From an uncultured Spirochaetota bacterium (lineage in GTDB: Bacteria; Spirochaetota; Brevinematia; Brevinematales; JAOACQ01), in NCBI GenBank assembly GCA_963768055.1, contig CAVYGN010000002.1, forward strand, positions 1,152,001-1,216,000: DNA of 64,000 nucleotides, read 5' to 3'. The notes under the pieces are model-generated. The model made no database searches. It was not told the origin of the DNA and was given only the letters and a program-made list of their open reading frames with translations. Below, piece after piece: positions 38,816 through 49,400 of this stretch. A program made the position numbers and the translations under genes. Numbering within the stretch: position 1 is the first letter of the stretch; the number at the start of each line of letters is the position of its first letter.

Positions 38816-40420
38816 ATGAAGAAGATATTTAAAAGAGCGTTAATATTCCTCCAGGCCGCAATCGTCATAGCAGCCGTCATCAACTGCAGCGTAAGGCCCG
38901 ACGATATGGCGGACAAGGCGTCCATGACCCTTGAGTTCAAAACCGGCAGCCATTTTACAAATCTCGTTAAAGTCGGCTTTTCGTCAAGGACAGCCGAGCC
39001 CTCCGATTCAGATGTAAAAATCATGGCCGACGAGGTTATATTCCAGATCCTGGGCCCTAAAGGCCTTGACTCGATCGTAAAAAAGGGCGACAAAGTAGTC
39101 ATTAAAGTCAATAATGTTGGCCCCTACGTAGGCTTAAACGGCGAGAAAGGCCGAGGCGTTATAACAGACCCGAGGCTTGTAAGGTATATTGCCGAAAAGG
39201 TAAGGGATATCATCGGGTCGGAAGGCAGTTCAGACCTGAAGGTGGTCGACGGGGTTTATTCGCCCTCTAAAAATCCCTCGGATCCCGACAATAAGCAAAG
39301 CTTTTACTGGGCCAGGCTTGAAAGGAGCGAAACGAACGGCGGGACCGTTTATTACGATGAGAAGGGAAGCGGGTTCCTCGACGGAGGTTCGAAGGCAAAG
39401 CTTGTCAATCTTGACGCGATAGGCAGTGACGAACGCTTCCTTGCCAGGGTGAAAAATTCTGAAGGTGGCTACATAAATGTCTGGATGCCCTTTTTTATGA
39501 GGACAAAGGAAGATGCGCTAAAATACGGGCCGGCTTCTGCGACAAACGAATTCTGCGATGTTCTCATAGGCCTTCCCGTGTTTAAAAGCCATGGCTTTGC
39601 CGGGGTTACGGGGGCCCTGAAACTCGATTACGGGTTCAGGCCTGTTTTCAGCTTTAAAGGCGAAACCGGAAGGTTTTCCCACAGCGGCCTTGGCTACGAC
39701 TATTCCGGAATGCATAACGAGGAGAAATTGTTTTATTTCCTCTGCGCCCAGCACAGGGTAAGGGACTACGACCTGATAATAATGGACTGCCTTGCGGGAA
39801 ACCGCAGGGGCCCTACAAATCCGACCGGGGGAGTAAGCAGCGTGGATTACTCCTTGAGAGTGGATTATATCCTTACGCATGCAATGATGGCTTCTGTAAA
39901 CTCTGTGGCGATAGATACCGCCGAGGCCGTCCTTGCAGGCTACGATGCATCCTCGATTGAATTACTGGGCATTGCAAGCTCCTGCGGCCTCGGCCCTAAC
40001 GATCCTGGCCTTATCGAGCTATGCGGCCTTACAAATTTTTCTTCTCACAGGAAATGGCTTTACGACACTTATTCTCCAAAAGGCCTGTACCCCTTCCAGA
40101 ATAGATGGGGAGTATCGAAAGCTGAAACAAATGTTAACCTTTCGGGTCCCGGCCAGGTATTCCTTTCCAGGCCCGAACGGGTTAAGGGCGGCATCTATAA
40201 TTTCAAGTTCGGAGTTAATCCTTCGGCTTCGGGCCTGAAAATAACCAGGATCGACCTGCTTGTGGACGGTAAAATTTTTATATCCCTGCCAGACGCCTCT
40301 GTCAGGAAGTTTACCGCGGACCTCAGGCCCTTTTTGAAGCATACTATAGCTTGCAGGATAGCAGTCTGGGACGGTCAGTTCAACTGTTCGATATCGGATG
40401 AAAACAGTTTGAAATTATAA
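38816..40420 (+). CDS. DUF362-domain exported protein
   Basis: VKKGDKVVIK.N, TDPRLV, LPVFKSH...VTGALK, VAID; signal/lipobox-like N-terminus. Confidence 0.75.
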   Translation: MKKIFKRALIFLQAAIVIAAVINCSVRPDDMADKASMTLEFKTGSHFTNLVKVGFSSRTAEPSDSDVKIMADEVIFQILGPKGLDSIVKKGDKVVIKVNNVGPYVGLNGEKGRGVITDPRLVRYIAEKVRDIIGSEGSSDLKVVDGVYSPSKNPSDPDNKQSFYWARLERSETNGGTVYYDEKGSGFLDGGSKAKLVNLDAIGSDERFLARVKNSEGGYINVWMPFFMRTKEDALKYGPASATNEFCDVLIGLPVFKSHGFAGVTGALKLDYGFRPVFSFKGETGRFSHSGLGYDYSGMHNEEKLFYFLCAQHRVRDYDLIIMDCLAGNRRGPTNPTGGVSSVDYSLRVDYILTHAMMASVNSVAIDTAEAVLAGYDASSIELLGIASSCGLGPNDPGLIELCGLTNFSSHRKWLYDTYSPKGLYPFQNRWGVSKAETNVNLSGPGQVFLSRPERVKGGIYNFKFGVNPSASGLKITRIDLLVDGKIFISLPDASVRKFTADLRPFLKHTIACRIAVWDGQFNCSISDENSLKL

Positions 40421-40484
40421 AAAAGCGATAAAGTTCAAGCATCTACATTGAACCGGGATTTCCCGGATGAAACTTTGAAAATGG

Positions 40485-40829
40485 ATGACGGCATTTGCCG
40501 CTGATAAAAACGAGTACTTCCCCGGAGATTCTTGGAGAGTGTCCACCCCGGAATCGCAGGGAATGGATTCCGGCTATCTTGTAAGGATGATGGATTATAT
40601 CCGCACCAATAAACTGGATATACACAGTCTGATTGTCATCCGGCATGGTTATGTAGTAATGGAGGCTTATGCGGCTTGATAACAATACGCACTGGCTGAC
40701 CACCAGCTATCTGGCAGTAGAATTTATAAACAAGTCCATTATTTCGAACAGGGGCATACCGGAAGACATTGAGAAGCAGGCAGAACATGCCTCTGCAATT
40801 ATGAATTTCGGGATAAAACCCCTTTGAAA
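40485..40829 (+). pseudogene. Serine hydrolase (beta-lactamase family) relic
   Basis: W..STPESQGMDS...IHSLIVIRHGYVV.EAY followed by a stop. Confidence 0.7.
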
Positions 40830-41021
40830 TGTTTAATCAAAAAAGTTAGGCAATGTTTTGGCATGAATATTTTTTGATTTTTAATATGCCAAATTTTAAA
40901 ATAAATCAATAGCTTTTAGGAGTATTATATCAAATGAATAATCTTTTCACTGAAGCTATTGTTGACAAGTAATGTAAATGGGAATCCGCCGTATATAAAT
41001 GCAATTCAAGGAGTCAATTTT

Positions 41022-42566
41022 ATGAAAAGATTTTTAAAGAAGGAAATATTATTCAGTGAAAAAGCGGTTATCTGCTATTTTATTATTATTAATATGATTA
41101 TCTGCCTCTATCCTTACAATTACGGATTTTTCGGTGATGAACTTCTGTATATATCCCTCTCCGACCGCCTTGGCTGGGCTTATCTCGAAGTGCCTCCTAT
41201 CGCGCCTTTGATCCTGGCAGGCGTCCGGTTTTTATTGGGGACTTCTTACTTTTCCCTGCACCTTGTACCGGCATTGCTTAGCTCCATCGTCATAATGATA
41301 TCGGCTTCCATGGTGAAAAAAATGGGCGGGGGGCTTTACGCGATGATCCTCTGCCTTATCTGCGTAACCCTGGCTCCAGGGTTTATCGGCGGAAATTCCC
41401 ATTATGATTACAACACGTTCGACAGGCTTTTCTGGACGCTTTCACTCTATATGGTTTTACTTTTGCTTGTATCAGGGGATAAAAAATACTGGCTGTATTT
41501 CGGCCTTTTTGCCGGGCTCGGCCTGATGTCTAAAATCACCATGCTTTACCTGGGTTTTGCGTTATTCCTGTCATTTCTGTCCCTTAAGGACAGGAAATTT
41601 CTTTTTGACAGGCGTTTTCTGCTCGGCGGTTTGATCGCAGTGTCTATTTTCCTTCCCTTCATTCTTTGGCAGGTTTATTACAATTTCCCGATTATAGAGT
41701 ATTTTAAAGGCTATGCGGGCAAACTCAGCCATTTATCCCCGATTCAATATCTTCAAGCCCAGATCATTGATATGAACCCATTTGCTTTTCCTGTCTGGAT
41801 ACTGGGATTAATTTATTTCCTTTTCAATAATGAAGGCAAAAAATACAGGATTTTCGGGCTTGCCTTTCTTATCCTATGCGCAATTTTTATTCTTCAGCAG
41901 GCAAAGTCTTACCTTATTTTCCCATATTATACTTTTCTTTTTGCCGGGGGCGCGGTTTTCATAACACGGTTTATTGAAAAAAATAAAATTAACTGGCTTA
42001 AACCGGTAGCTGCGGTCTTCACTTTACTTATTATATTACTTGGAGTAATCTTAATTCCTTACTGCCGGCCTGTCCTTTCGCCGGAAGCTTTTATTAGATA
42101 TTCGGGCGGCCATAAATCTACCGATAATGAAAAGAATGACACCGGATCCCTTCCCCAGAATTTCGCCTACTGCTTCGGGTGGGAGGAATTGACGGAAGAT
42201 ATAGCCGGTGTCTATCAAAAATTGAGCGATTCAGATAAAAAGAAAGTATGTATAGCGGCAAGGAATTATGGAGAAGCCGGCGCCCTCCATTATTACGGTC
42301 CGAAATACGGCCTGCCCGAGCCTGTAAGCGGACATAATATCTGGTATTTCTGGGGGCCGGGCAATAATACCGGCGAAGTGGTGATTTATATAGGTCCCGC
42401 CGATTCTTACAAGCCTTTGTCCGACGAGTTTACCGGCGTGGAAATCGCGGGGAAAATCGGGGCGAAATACGCGATGCCCTTTGAAAACGATGAAGTGATT
42501 TTTCTTTGCAGGGGAATGCATGCGCCTTTAAAGGAAGCATGGAAATATGTAAAGCATTTCGAGTAA
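41022..42566 (+). CDS. GT39/PMT_2 (ArnT-like) membrane glycosyltransferase
   Basis: YGFFGDELLY, PP, GLG..SK, NYGEAGAL, SGHN. Confidence 0.88.
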   Translation: MKRFLKKEILFSEKAVICYFIIINMIICLYPYNYGFFGDELLYISLSDRLGWAYLEVPPIAPLILAGVRFLLGTSYFSLHLVPALLSSIVIMISASMVKKMGGGLYAMILCLICVTLAPGFIGGNSHYDYNTFDRLFWTLSLYMVLLLLVSGDKKYWLYFGLFAGLGLMSKITMLYLGFALFLSFLSLKDRKFLFDRRFLLGGLIAVSIFLPFILWQVYYNFPIIEYFKGYAGKLSHLSPIQYLQAQIIDMNPFAFPVWILGLIYFLFNNEGKKYRIFGLAFLILCAIFILQQAKSYLIFPYYTFLFAGGAVFITRFIEKNKINWLKPVAAVFTLLIILLGVILIPYCRPVLSPEAFIRYSGGHKSTDNEKNDTGSLPQNFAYCFGWEELTEDIAGVYQKLSDSDKKKVCIAARNYGEAGALHYYGPKYGLPEPVSGHNIWYFWGPGNNTGEVVIYIGPADSYKPLSDEFTGVEIAGKIGAKYAMPFENDEVIFLCRGMHAPLKEAWKYVKHFE

Positions 42567-42630
42567 ATTTGATCCCTTTTCAAATTAATACCAGGTAAAA
42601 TCGGGATTCTATGGGATAAAGGATAAAGAA

Positions 42631-43509
42631 ATGGGAATTATCTCTGAAATATTGATGCAGACAGGCGGTATTCTCCTCAGGCTTATTCCCTTTGCAGCAG
42701 CGGGAAGCCTTTTAAGCGCATTTCTGAGGGTTTACAGGAGGAGAATATTCGGGGAAAAATTTTTCAAACTGCCCGGGCCTGCCCTTGTTTCCCTCTGCTC
42801 GATTTTAGGGGCGTTTTCTCCCTTCTGCACCATAGGCACCGTGCCCGTAGTTATCGGGCTGCTAAGCTGCGGGCTTCCCGCCGGAGCCGGCATCGCTTTT
42901 TTGACCGCTTCTTCAATCGTAAATCCGCAGATATTCATGATCGAAGTTGCATCCCTGGGCCTTAAGCTGGCTGTCGTCCAGGCTTTAAGCGGGATAGGCA
43001 TAGGAATTACGGCGGGGATGCTCTTTTCTTTAATGAAGAAAGCAGGGACTGCGCTTTTAAATGAGAAAATGCCGGCCCCTGATAATACCGCCCCTGCGAA
43101 AAAAACCGGTATTTTCAGTATATTCCTTGATCAGTTCGAATTCATATCGTTTTTTATCCTTGCAGGCGCCCTGCTTACATCGGCAATAAATGTCCTTGTG
43201 CCGCCTTCCTGGTTTACACCGTTTTCAAATATGCCTTCCATTGTTTCGGCCCTGCTTGGAACATTGATGTCCGTGCCCCTTTATGCCTGCGGGGGAAGCG
43301 TAATGCCGGTGCTGTCTATGCTTCTAGGCAAGGGCATATCCCCCGGGTTTGCCGCGGCTTTCATAATAGCGGGCCCCGCGACAAGGATACAGACTGTCGC
43401 TGCAGTCAAGTCCCTCATAAGCGGCAAAGCTCTTGCAGGATACCTGGCCCTTATCTGGGCATGGGCCATAGCGGCCGGCATGCTGGTTAATTTCATCGGA
43501 GTTTTATAA
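42631..43509 (+). CDS. Permease (DUF318/ArsP-like)
   Basis: SPFCTIGTVP and PLYACGGS..P motifs; multiple TM helices. Confidence 0.85.
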   Translation: MGIISEILMQTGGILLRLIPFAAAGSLLSAFLRVYRRRIFGEKFFKLPGPALVSLCSILGAFSPFCTIGTVPVVIGLLSCGLPAGAGIAFLTASSIVNPQIFMIEVASLGLKLAVVQALSGIGIGITAGMLFSLMKKAGTALLNEKMPAPDNTAPAKKTGIFSIFLDQFEFISFFILAGALLTSAINVLVPPSWFTPFSNMPSIVSALLGTLMSVPLYACGGSVMPVLSMLLGKGISPGFAAAFIIAGPATRIQTVAAVKSLISGKALAGYLALIWAWAIAAGMLVNFIGVL

Positions 43510-43723
43510 GACTATCAGCCGGGATTTCCCAGATGAAATCTGCAAATTAGGCCATGGTATAATCAATGAACGGATAAAGAGATAGGCCCTAATCAAACGT
43601 CACTGGCCGCTTTTCGACGTAATCCGAAAAACGATAAGATTAGCCTACAAAGATTGACCCAAAAAGACGGCGCTGGGGGTACGACACCACTTTACTGCCG
43701 GAGATTCGAGCATCGAAAAGGCT

Positions 43724-44233
43724 TTATCTTGACAGGCAGCTTAAAATCTCTCCTATAAAGATGCGATGGTAATCTTTTAACGGATAGTTTCTCTCTATCG
43801 ATTTATCGAGAAAATTAAGGGGATCCAGGTCCTGGAAGTAGATTTTCTCGCATTCAAGGACAAGGCTTGACTCCCCGAAAAATACGGCGCCTGATTCGCA
43901 CTGCATCGGGGTAAGGCCTGATACTTTCATTTTATTGACTTCCCTGCCCGAATGGGAGCCGCAGTAATCAAGCTTATCTTTATATTTGCCTGATAAAAAA
44001 TTCGCCGTAAAGTAATTTTGCTTCTGCATGAATTCAAAGGTATATCTGCCCGGCCTTATGAAACACATGAAGATATCTTTATTCCAGAGAACCCCCATTG
44101 TTCCCCAGCTTGCCGTCATCATGTTGTATGAATCCATCGTCCCGGCCGAGATAAGGACCCATTCCTCGCCGATCATATTAAAAACATTTCCCTGAATTTC
44201 TGCGGTTTTTATTTTTTTGAACTGTGCGTCCAT
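43724..44233 (-). CDS. Flavin reductase family protein
   Basis: N.MTASWG, IRP.RYT.EF, CGSHSGR, YHRIFIGEI. Confidence 0.9.
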   Translation of the reverse strand: MDAQFKKIKTAEIQGNVFNMIGEEWVLISAGTMDSYNMMTASWGTMGVLWNKDIFMCFIRPGRYTFEFMQKQNYFTANFLSGKYKDKLDYCGSHSGREVNKMKVSGLTPMQCESGAVFFGESSLVLECEKIYFQDLDPLNFLDKSIERNYPLKDYHRIFIGEILSCLSR

Positions 44234-44528
44234 ATTTCCTCCATACATAAGCAGGGTTTTCAATATCTCAGGAGCCCAACCTTAATTTTAGTTCTTATTA
44301 TTAATATAAGATACAGGATTATTCAGCATCAAATACTGCGACTCTTTAAGCTTAAGCGCTTTCTTTAGCCCTTCCTGGTCCATCGTTGCCCTCGGCCTTG
44401 TCGAAAGGCCGGTGCCGGCGCAAAAAAGAGCGATGTTCTGCGATACAATACCCGCGTCTTCCGAACGCGATCTCTGTCTTATTTTTTACAGAAAATCTCA
44501 TTATCTATTGAAATCTGCAACTTTGATT

Positions 44529-44912
44529 TTAAGGCCCGGTCAAGCCGTAAGAAATATAAATAGATTTTACTTTCCCTTTTTCATGGACGATTGCAGCCTG
44601 CCATCTTTCAGAGATCCAAACGTCAGGCCATTTAGGCCTTTCCAGGTCGCAGTAGAGGTAATCCATATTTTTTAAAAAGATCCCCTTTGAATTACCCGGC
44701 CATTCTTCGATGAAATCGGCGTTGGTCATGTACCGGCATTTAAAGCCGTAGCTCTTCATGGTCGTTTCTGCATCGGCAATCCCGCTGCCGGGGGGGATCG
44801 ATCCCGCCAGATGTTCCTTGAGCTCCCGGATATTGCCTGAAAGCGCTATCCGTCTTGAAACGCAGGAATATACAATAAGCAGCAGAGGAGGTAAAATAAG
44901 TAGAATTTTCAC
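44529..44912 (-). CDS. Hypothetical lipoprotein
   Basis: Hydrophobic N-terminus followed by Cys; start overlaps the upstream stop. Confidence 0.6.
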   Translation of the reverse strand: MKILLILPPLLLIVYSCVSRRIALSGNIRELKEHLAGSIPPGSGIADAETTMKSYGFKCRYMTNADFIEEWPGNSKGIFLKNMDYLYCDLERPKWPDVWISERWQAAIVHEKGKVKSIYISYGLTGP

Positions 44913-46060
44913 GTTTCCCTCGTGATCCTCCTAAAGGGGGATAATTTGATGATTCCTTTTGAAGTATCGTTTGACAGATAAAATAAAATGCTTTCCCCGT
45001 TGTCGTAGTATTGTTTTTTTACTTTCAAAATCTCATCCAGAGCCATGAAAAAGGCGTCGACTACCGAAGGGCTGAAATGCGAATTACTGCTTTCCCGTAT
45101 GATTTCAATGGATTTTTCGATTGCCAGGGGCTCTTTATAAGGGCGTTTCGAAGTAAGAGCGTCGAATACATCAGCGATGGCGGTTATCTGCCCTTCGATC
45201 GGGATGGCTTCCCCTTTTAATCTGTATGGGTAACCGCTTCCGTCCCATTTTTCATGGTGGGATATAGCTATCTTTTGAGCTATCTGCATTAATTCAGTCC
45301 TGGAATTTTGAAGGATTTTTTCACCGAATACCGTATGCAGCTTCATGATTTCAAATTCTTCAGCGTCAAGCTTTCCGTGTTTTAACAGTATCCGGTCAGG
45401 AATACCTATCTTACCGATATCATGCATTGGAGTCGAATAAAGAAGATTGTTTACGAATTCAGGTTTCTGCCCCATTTTCTGTGCAATGATTGCCGCGTAA
45501 TGGCTCATACGGAGAATATGGGCCCCGGTATCTTCATCCCTGTATTCGCATACTTTAGATAGCAGGTATATTGATTCAAGCGAGGATTCTTTTATTTTTT
45601 CATAGGCTTCCTTAAGCTCGATCGTTTTTTTTCTGACTTCCTCTTCCAGGAAATTTTTACTATCCACCATAAAATCGTTATAAGCTTTTACCTTTATCAA
45701 AGATTTAACCCGGGCTCTCAATTCTGATATTTCAACAGGTTTTGTCAGAAAATCGTCAGCTCCTGCTTCCAGGGCTTTGACCCTGTGGTAAACCTCGTTT
45801 AATGCGGTTACCATGACTATTGGGATAAATTTTGTCTTATCGGATGTTTTCAGAATTTTTGTCGTTTCAAAGCCATCCATTTTCGGCATCATAACATCGA
45901 GAAGGATCAAATCGATTTCAGAGCTGTTTGCAATTGAAATTGCTTCTACCCCGTCATGCGCACGGAGAACCTTGTATCCCATAGGAATAAGCATTCCATC
46001 CAGTATCCTCAGGTTTGTCTCATCATCGTCAACCGCAAGTATTTTCGGTTCGTCTTTCAT
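44909..46060 (-). CDS. Response regulator with HD-GYP phosphodiesterase domain
   Basis: REC (VDD, LLDVMMP, KP), HDIGKIG, HHEKWDGSGYP. Confidence 0.95.
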   Translation of the reverse strand: MKDEPKILAVDDDETNLRILDGMLIPMGYKVLRAHDGVEAISIANSSEIDLILLDVMMPKMDGFETTKILKTSDKTKFIPIVMVTALNEVYHRVKALEAGADDFLTKPVEISELRARVKSLIKVKAYNDFMVDSKNFLEEEVRKKTIELKEAYEKIKESSLESIYLLSKVCEYRDEDTGAHILRMSHYAAIIAQKMGQKPEFVNNLLYSTPMHDIGKIGIPDRILLKHGKLDAEEFEIMKLHTVFGEKILQNSRTELMQIAQKIAISHHEKWDGSGYPYRLKGEAIPIEGQITAIADVFDALTSKRPYKEPLAIEKSIEIIRESSNSHFSPSVVDAFFMALDEILKVKKQYYDNGESILFYLSNDTSKGIIKLSPFRRITRET

Positions 46061-46443
46061 ACATTCTCCTGAATTGGTAAATATTTCCGGATCATTAAAA
46101 CAAACTCCTTTAAATCCAGGGGTTTACTTATGTAATCACAGCATCCCGTAGTAAGCATTTTTTCTCGGTCTCCGATCATAGCTGAAGAAGTCAGCATGAT
46201 ACAGGGAATGTTTTTTGTCCGGTTATCGGACCTGATTAAACGTGCGGCCTCCATGCCATCCATTTCAGGCATATTATAATCGATCAATACAAGATCGGGG
46301 ATTTCACTAAGGGCAATATCAACCCCCTCTTTTCCATTATTTGCCGCAAGTACGGAATACCCGTTTGCTATAAGGATATCCCTTGCTACCCGCATATTTT
46401 TCTCATCATTGTCCATAATGAGGATTACCTTTTTATCTTTCAT
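46057..46443 (-). CDS. Single-domain response regulator (DivK/CheY-like)
   Basis: LIDYNMPEMDG, ISKP; start at MKDKK. Confidence 0.9.
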   Translation of the reverse strand: MKDKKVILIMDNDEKNMRVARDILIANGYSVLAANNGKEGVDIALSEIPDLVLIDYNMPEMDGMEAARLIRSDNRTKNIPCIMLTSSAMIGDREKMLTTGCCDYISKPLDLKEFVLMIRKYLPIQENV

Positions 46444-46456
46444 ACCGGCACCTCTC

Positions 46457-49400
46457 TTATTTGAAAGGAATTCTAACGATAAATTTGCTTCCCTTTCCCG
46501 GCCCCTCGCTTTCAGCCCGTAAAGAACCATTATGGAGTTCGGCGAACTTTCTGGACAGCGGCAACCCCAGGCCGGAACCGGGTTCTTTGGACAAATTTTT
46601 GTACGGAATCTGGTAAAATGTTTCAAAAATATTTTCAAACTGGTCTTGCGGGATTCCTATCCCGGTATCTATAACGCTGATAACAACGTCATCCCCGGAT
46701 ATTTCACCTGTAACTCTTATTAACCCTCCGTCAGGAGTATATTTCGAGGAATTGGAAAGAAGATTGTAAAGGATCTGCTTGATCCTTCTTTCATCGGCTT
46801 CGATCTCGAGGCCTTCTATTGAAGGATGTAATTGTAATTCAAGCCCTATATTATTTTTCAGGCATTTTTCCCTGATCATGTTAAGGCTGTTGGCTATAAC
46901 CGGCCCGATATGGAAAAGGGATTTATCGAGCGTCATTTTATCGGCTTCGATTTTTGAAAGATCGAGCAGATCGTTAATCAAAGACAAAAGATGATGTCCG
47001 CTGTCCAGAATGTCGTCTACATAGCCCTTTTGATTTTCATTCAACGGCCCGTAATACTGCTCGTTAAGAATCTGGGAAAAGCCGATGATAGCATTCATCG
47101 GGGTCCTGATCTCATGGCTCATGTTTGCAAGAAACTCGCTTTTGGATTTTGTCGCCTCTTCAGCAACTTCTTTAGCTATTTCTAATTCTTTTATCCTTTT
47201 CTTTTCCGTTATATCCTCGAGCACCCCTTCAAAATAAAGGATATGCCCCTTTTTATCACGGATAACATGGGAATGGACAGAAACATCAATGATACTCCGG
47301 TCCTTTTTATAGGCGCCGAACTCAAAATCCGTAACATAACCCTGTTTAAGCATCAATTTTAGAAAATCCTTTGTTATTGCCGGATTGACATAGAAATCCT
47401 GCTTAAGGTTCCGGATAAGGTCTTTATTTCCGGCTATCATTTCTTCAGGAGAATCGTATCCCAATATTCGGGCTATTGCAGGGTTGGCGATCAGGATGCG
47501 GCCATCCGGCGTGATCTGATAGATACCATCCGATGAGTTATCGAAAATGCTCCTGTATTTTGCTTCCGCAAGTCTCAATTCCTCCTCGGCCCTCTTCCGT
47601 TCCGTAACATCCCGCTGGATTCCCCGGAAGCCTGCCGGTTTTCCCTCCCTGTCTTTGATAAGCATTACCGACCCTTCCATCGTCCGTATATCGCGGTTCT
47701 TACGAATAATCTCATAATAAAGCAGTCCTTTTTCAATTTCGCCTCTGTAAATCTTTGAAAAAAGGGTGAATATTTTTTTTGCGTTTTTTTTATCCATATA
47801 CTCCCTGTAGTTCATACCGAGGCACTCTTCCCGCGAGTACCCCAGCAGTTCACATCCGGCATCGTTGAAAAAAATAAAGCTGCCGTTCAGATCTACTTCA
47901 TAATACACTTCAGACATATTTTCAAGAATGCCCCTGTATTTTTCCTCGCTTTCACGAAGGGCTTCTTCAGTCTGCTTGCGTTCGGCATAAAACAGAGCGT
48001 TTTGAATGGAAATGGCCGCCTGGGATGTGAGTATCCTGAGCACCTCCATGCGGTCCCGGGTAAAGGCGGCTGTGACCTGGTTATTTTCCATGTATAGAAT
48101 TCCGACTATTTCACCATGCTGCATGACAGGCGTGCAGAGGATCGACAGAGGTTTCTCCCTGATAATATATGGGTCCCTCATAAACATTGCATCGACCAGA
48201 GCATTGTTCAAAACAACAGATTCATGGGTCCGGTCTACATAATTGACAATTGCCCTGGATAGAAAGCCGCAATCTTCTGCCGGAAGGTTTTCAGGCAGGG
48301 TTGCGCTATCCATTCCCTCTTCGATACGCGCCCGGACCATAAGTCTGCCGTTATTTTTCAGGATCAGGCATCCTTCCTGGGCGCCGGCGTTCTCTATCAG
48401 GATACTCATCACCTTTCTCAGGAGGTTATCGAGATCGACTTCGCTGGAGATTGCCTGTGAAGTCTTGATCACACTTTCAAGATCAAGGACGCCGGCGTTT
48501 GTCTGTTTTTCGGCTGAGCCGGCAAGGAGTTGGGGATAGGTACTTTTAAGTTGATCCGCCTTGGCTTTTGCCCCCCAGCGGTTATAACAATAGTGCGCCT
48601 CTCTCATAAATAGACCGGCAATCTCCTCATCGCCTCCGCCGAGCCAGAACAGCGCCGTTAATTCGTTGGCAAGGGCCTCTTCATTGACGAATTCATTTTC
48701 CCTGGCTAAAAGGATCGCCTCCTTGAAGAATTTTATTGCATCGTGTTTCCGCCCCTCGATCCTTGAAAGCTCCGCCTCGACGAGAAGCCATTTGTGCCGG
48801 GTGTTTTCAGGGGCATGAAGCGACCATTTCTTTAGCATCTTCTGGTTTCTAACTACTTTCCGCAAAGACTTTCTTTTCTCCGGCCTTATCATTGCCGGGA
48901 TCATTGCCAATGATATGAGTGAGTCGTAGAAGAAAAATACTGGGTTCATCATTGTTGACCTGACGCCGTCAAGGTATTCCCGCGCCTTTCGCGCGTTCCC
49001 GGCCGCATCGTTATATTCGCCGAACATAAACCCCAGCACTGCTTTGGTTATATACATATAAACGATGGAAGTCCTGTCGCCGGCTTCGATGTGGAGGGGG
49101 AGCATTTCATCTTCATTGTAAAATTCGCCTGTGAGCCGCGCAGGATTCATTTCATTTCCTAAAAGATTTTTGACTGTTTGACGGCAGATTCGGATAACGT
49201 TCACCTGCATGAACTGTTTTAACCGGCTGACTGTCTCGCCGAATCCAGCCATTTCAGCCTCAAGCCTTGACAGGGGAATTCCTGCATAGAAGGCGTGAAT
49301 GCAATACACCTCAGCTGAAAATGCGGCATCTTCCAGGTCTCCGGTTTCAAGCCCGGTTTGATAAGCCTCATGTAGGGGGGCAAGGGTCTTCCGGAGATGG

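Noticed and set aside
44341..44470. Possible riboswitch upstream of the flavin reductase
   Set aside because: Small hairpins only; no FMN or other riboswitch consensus recognised
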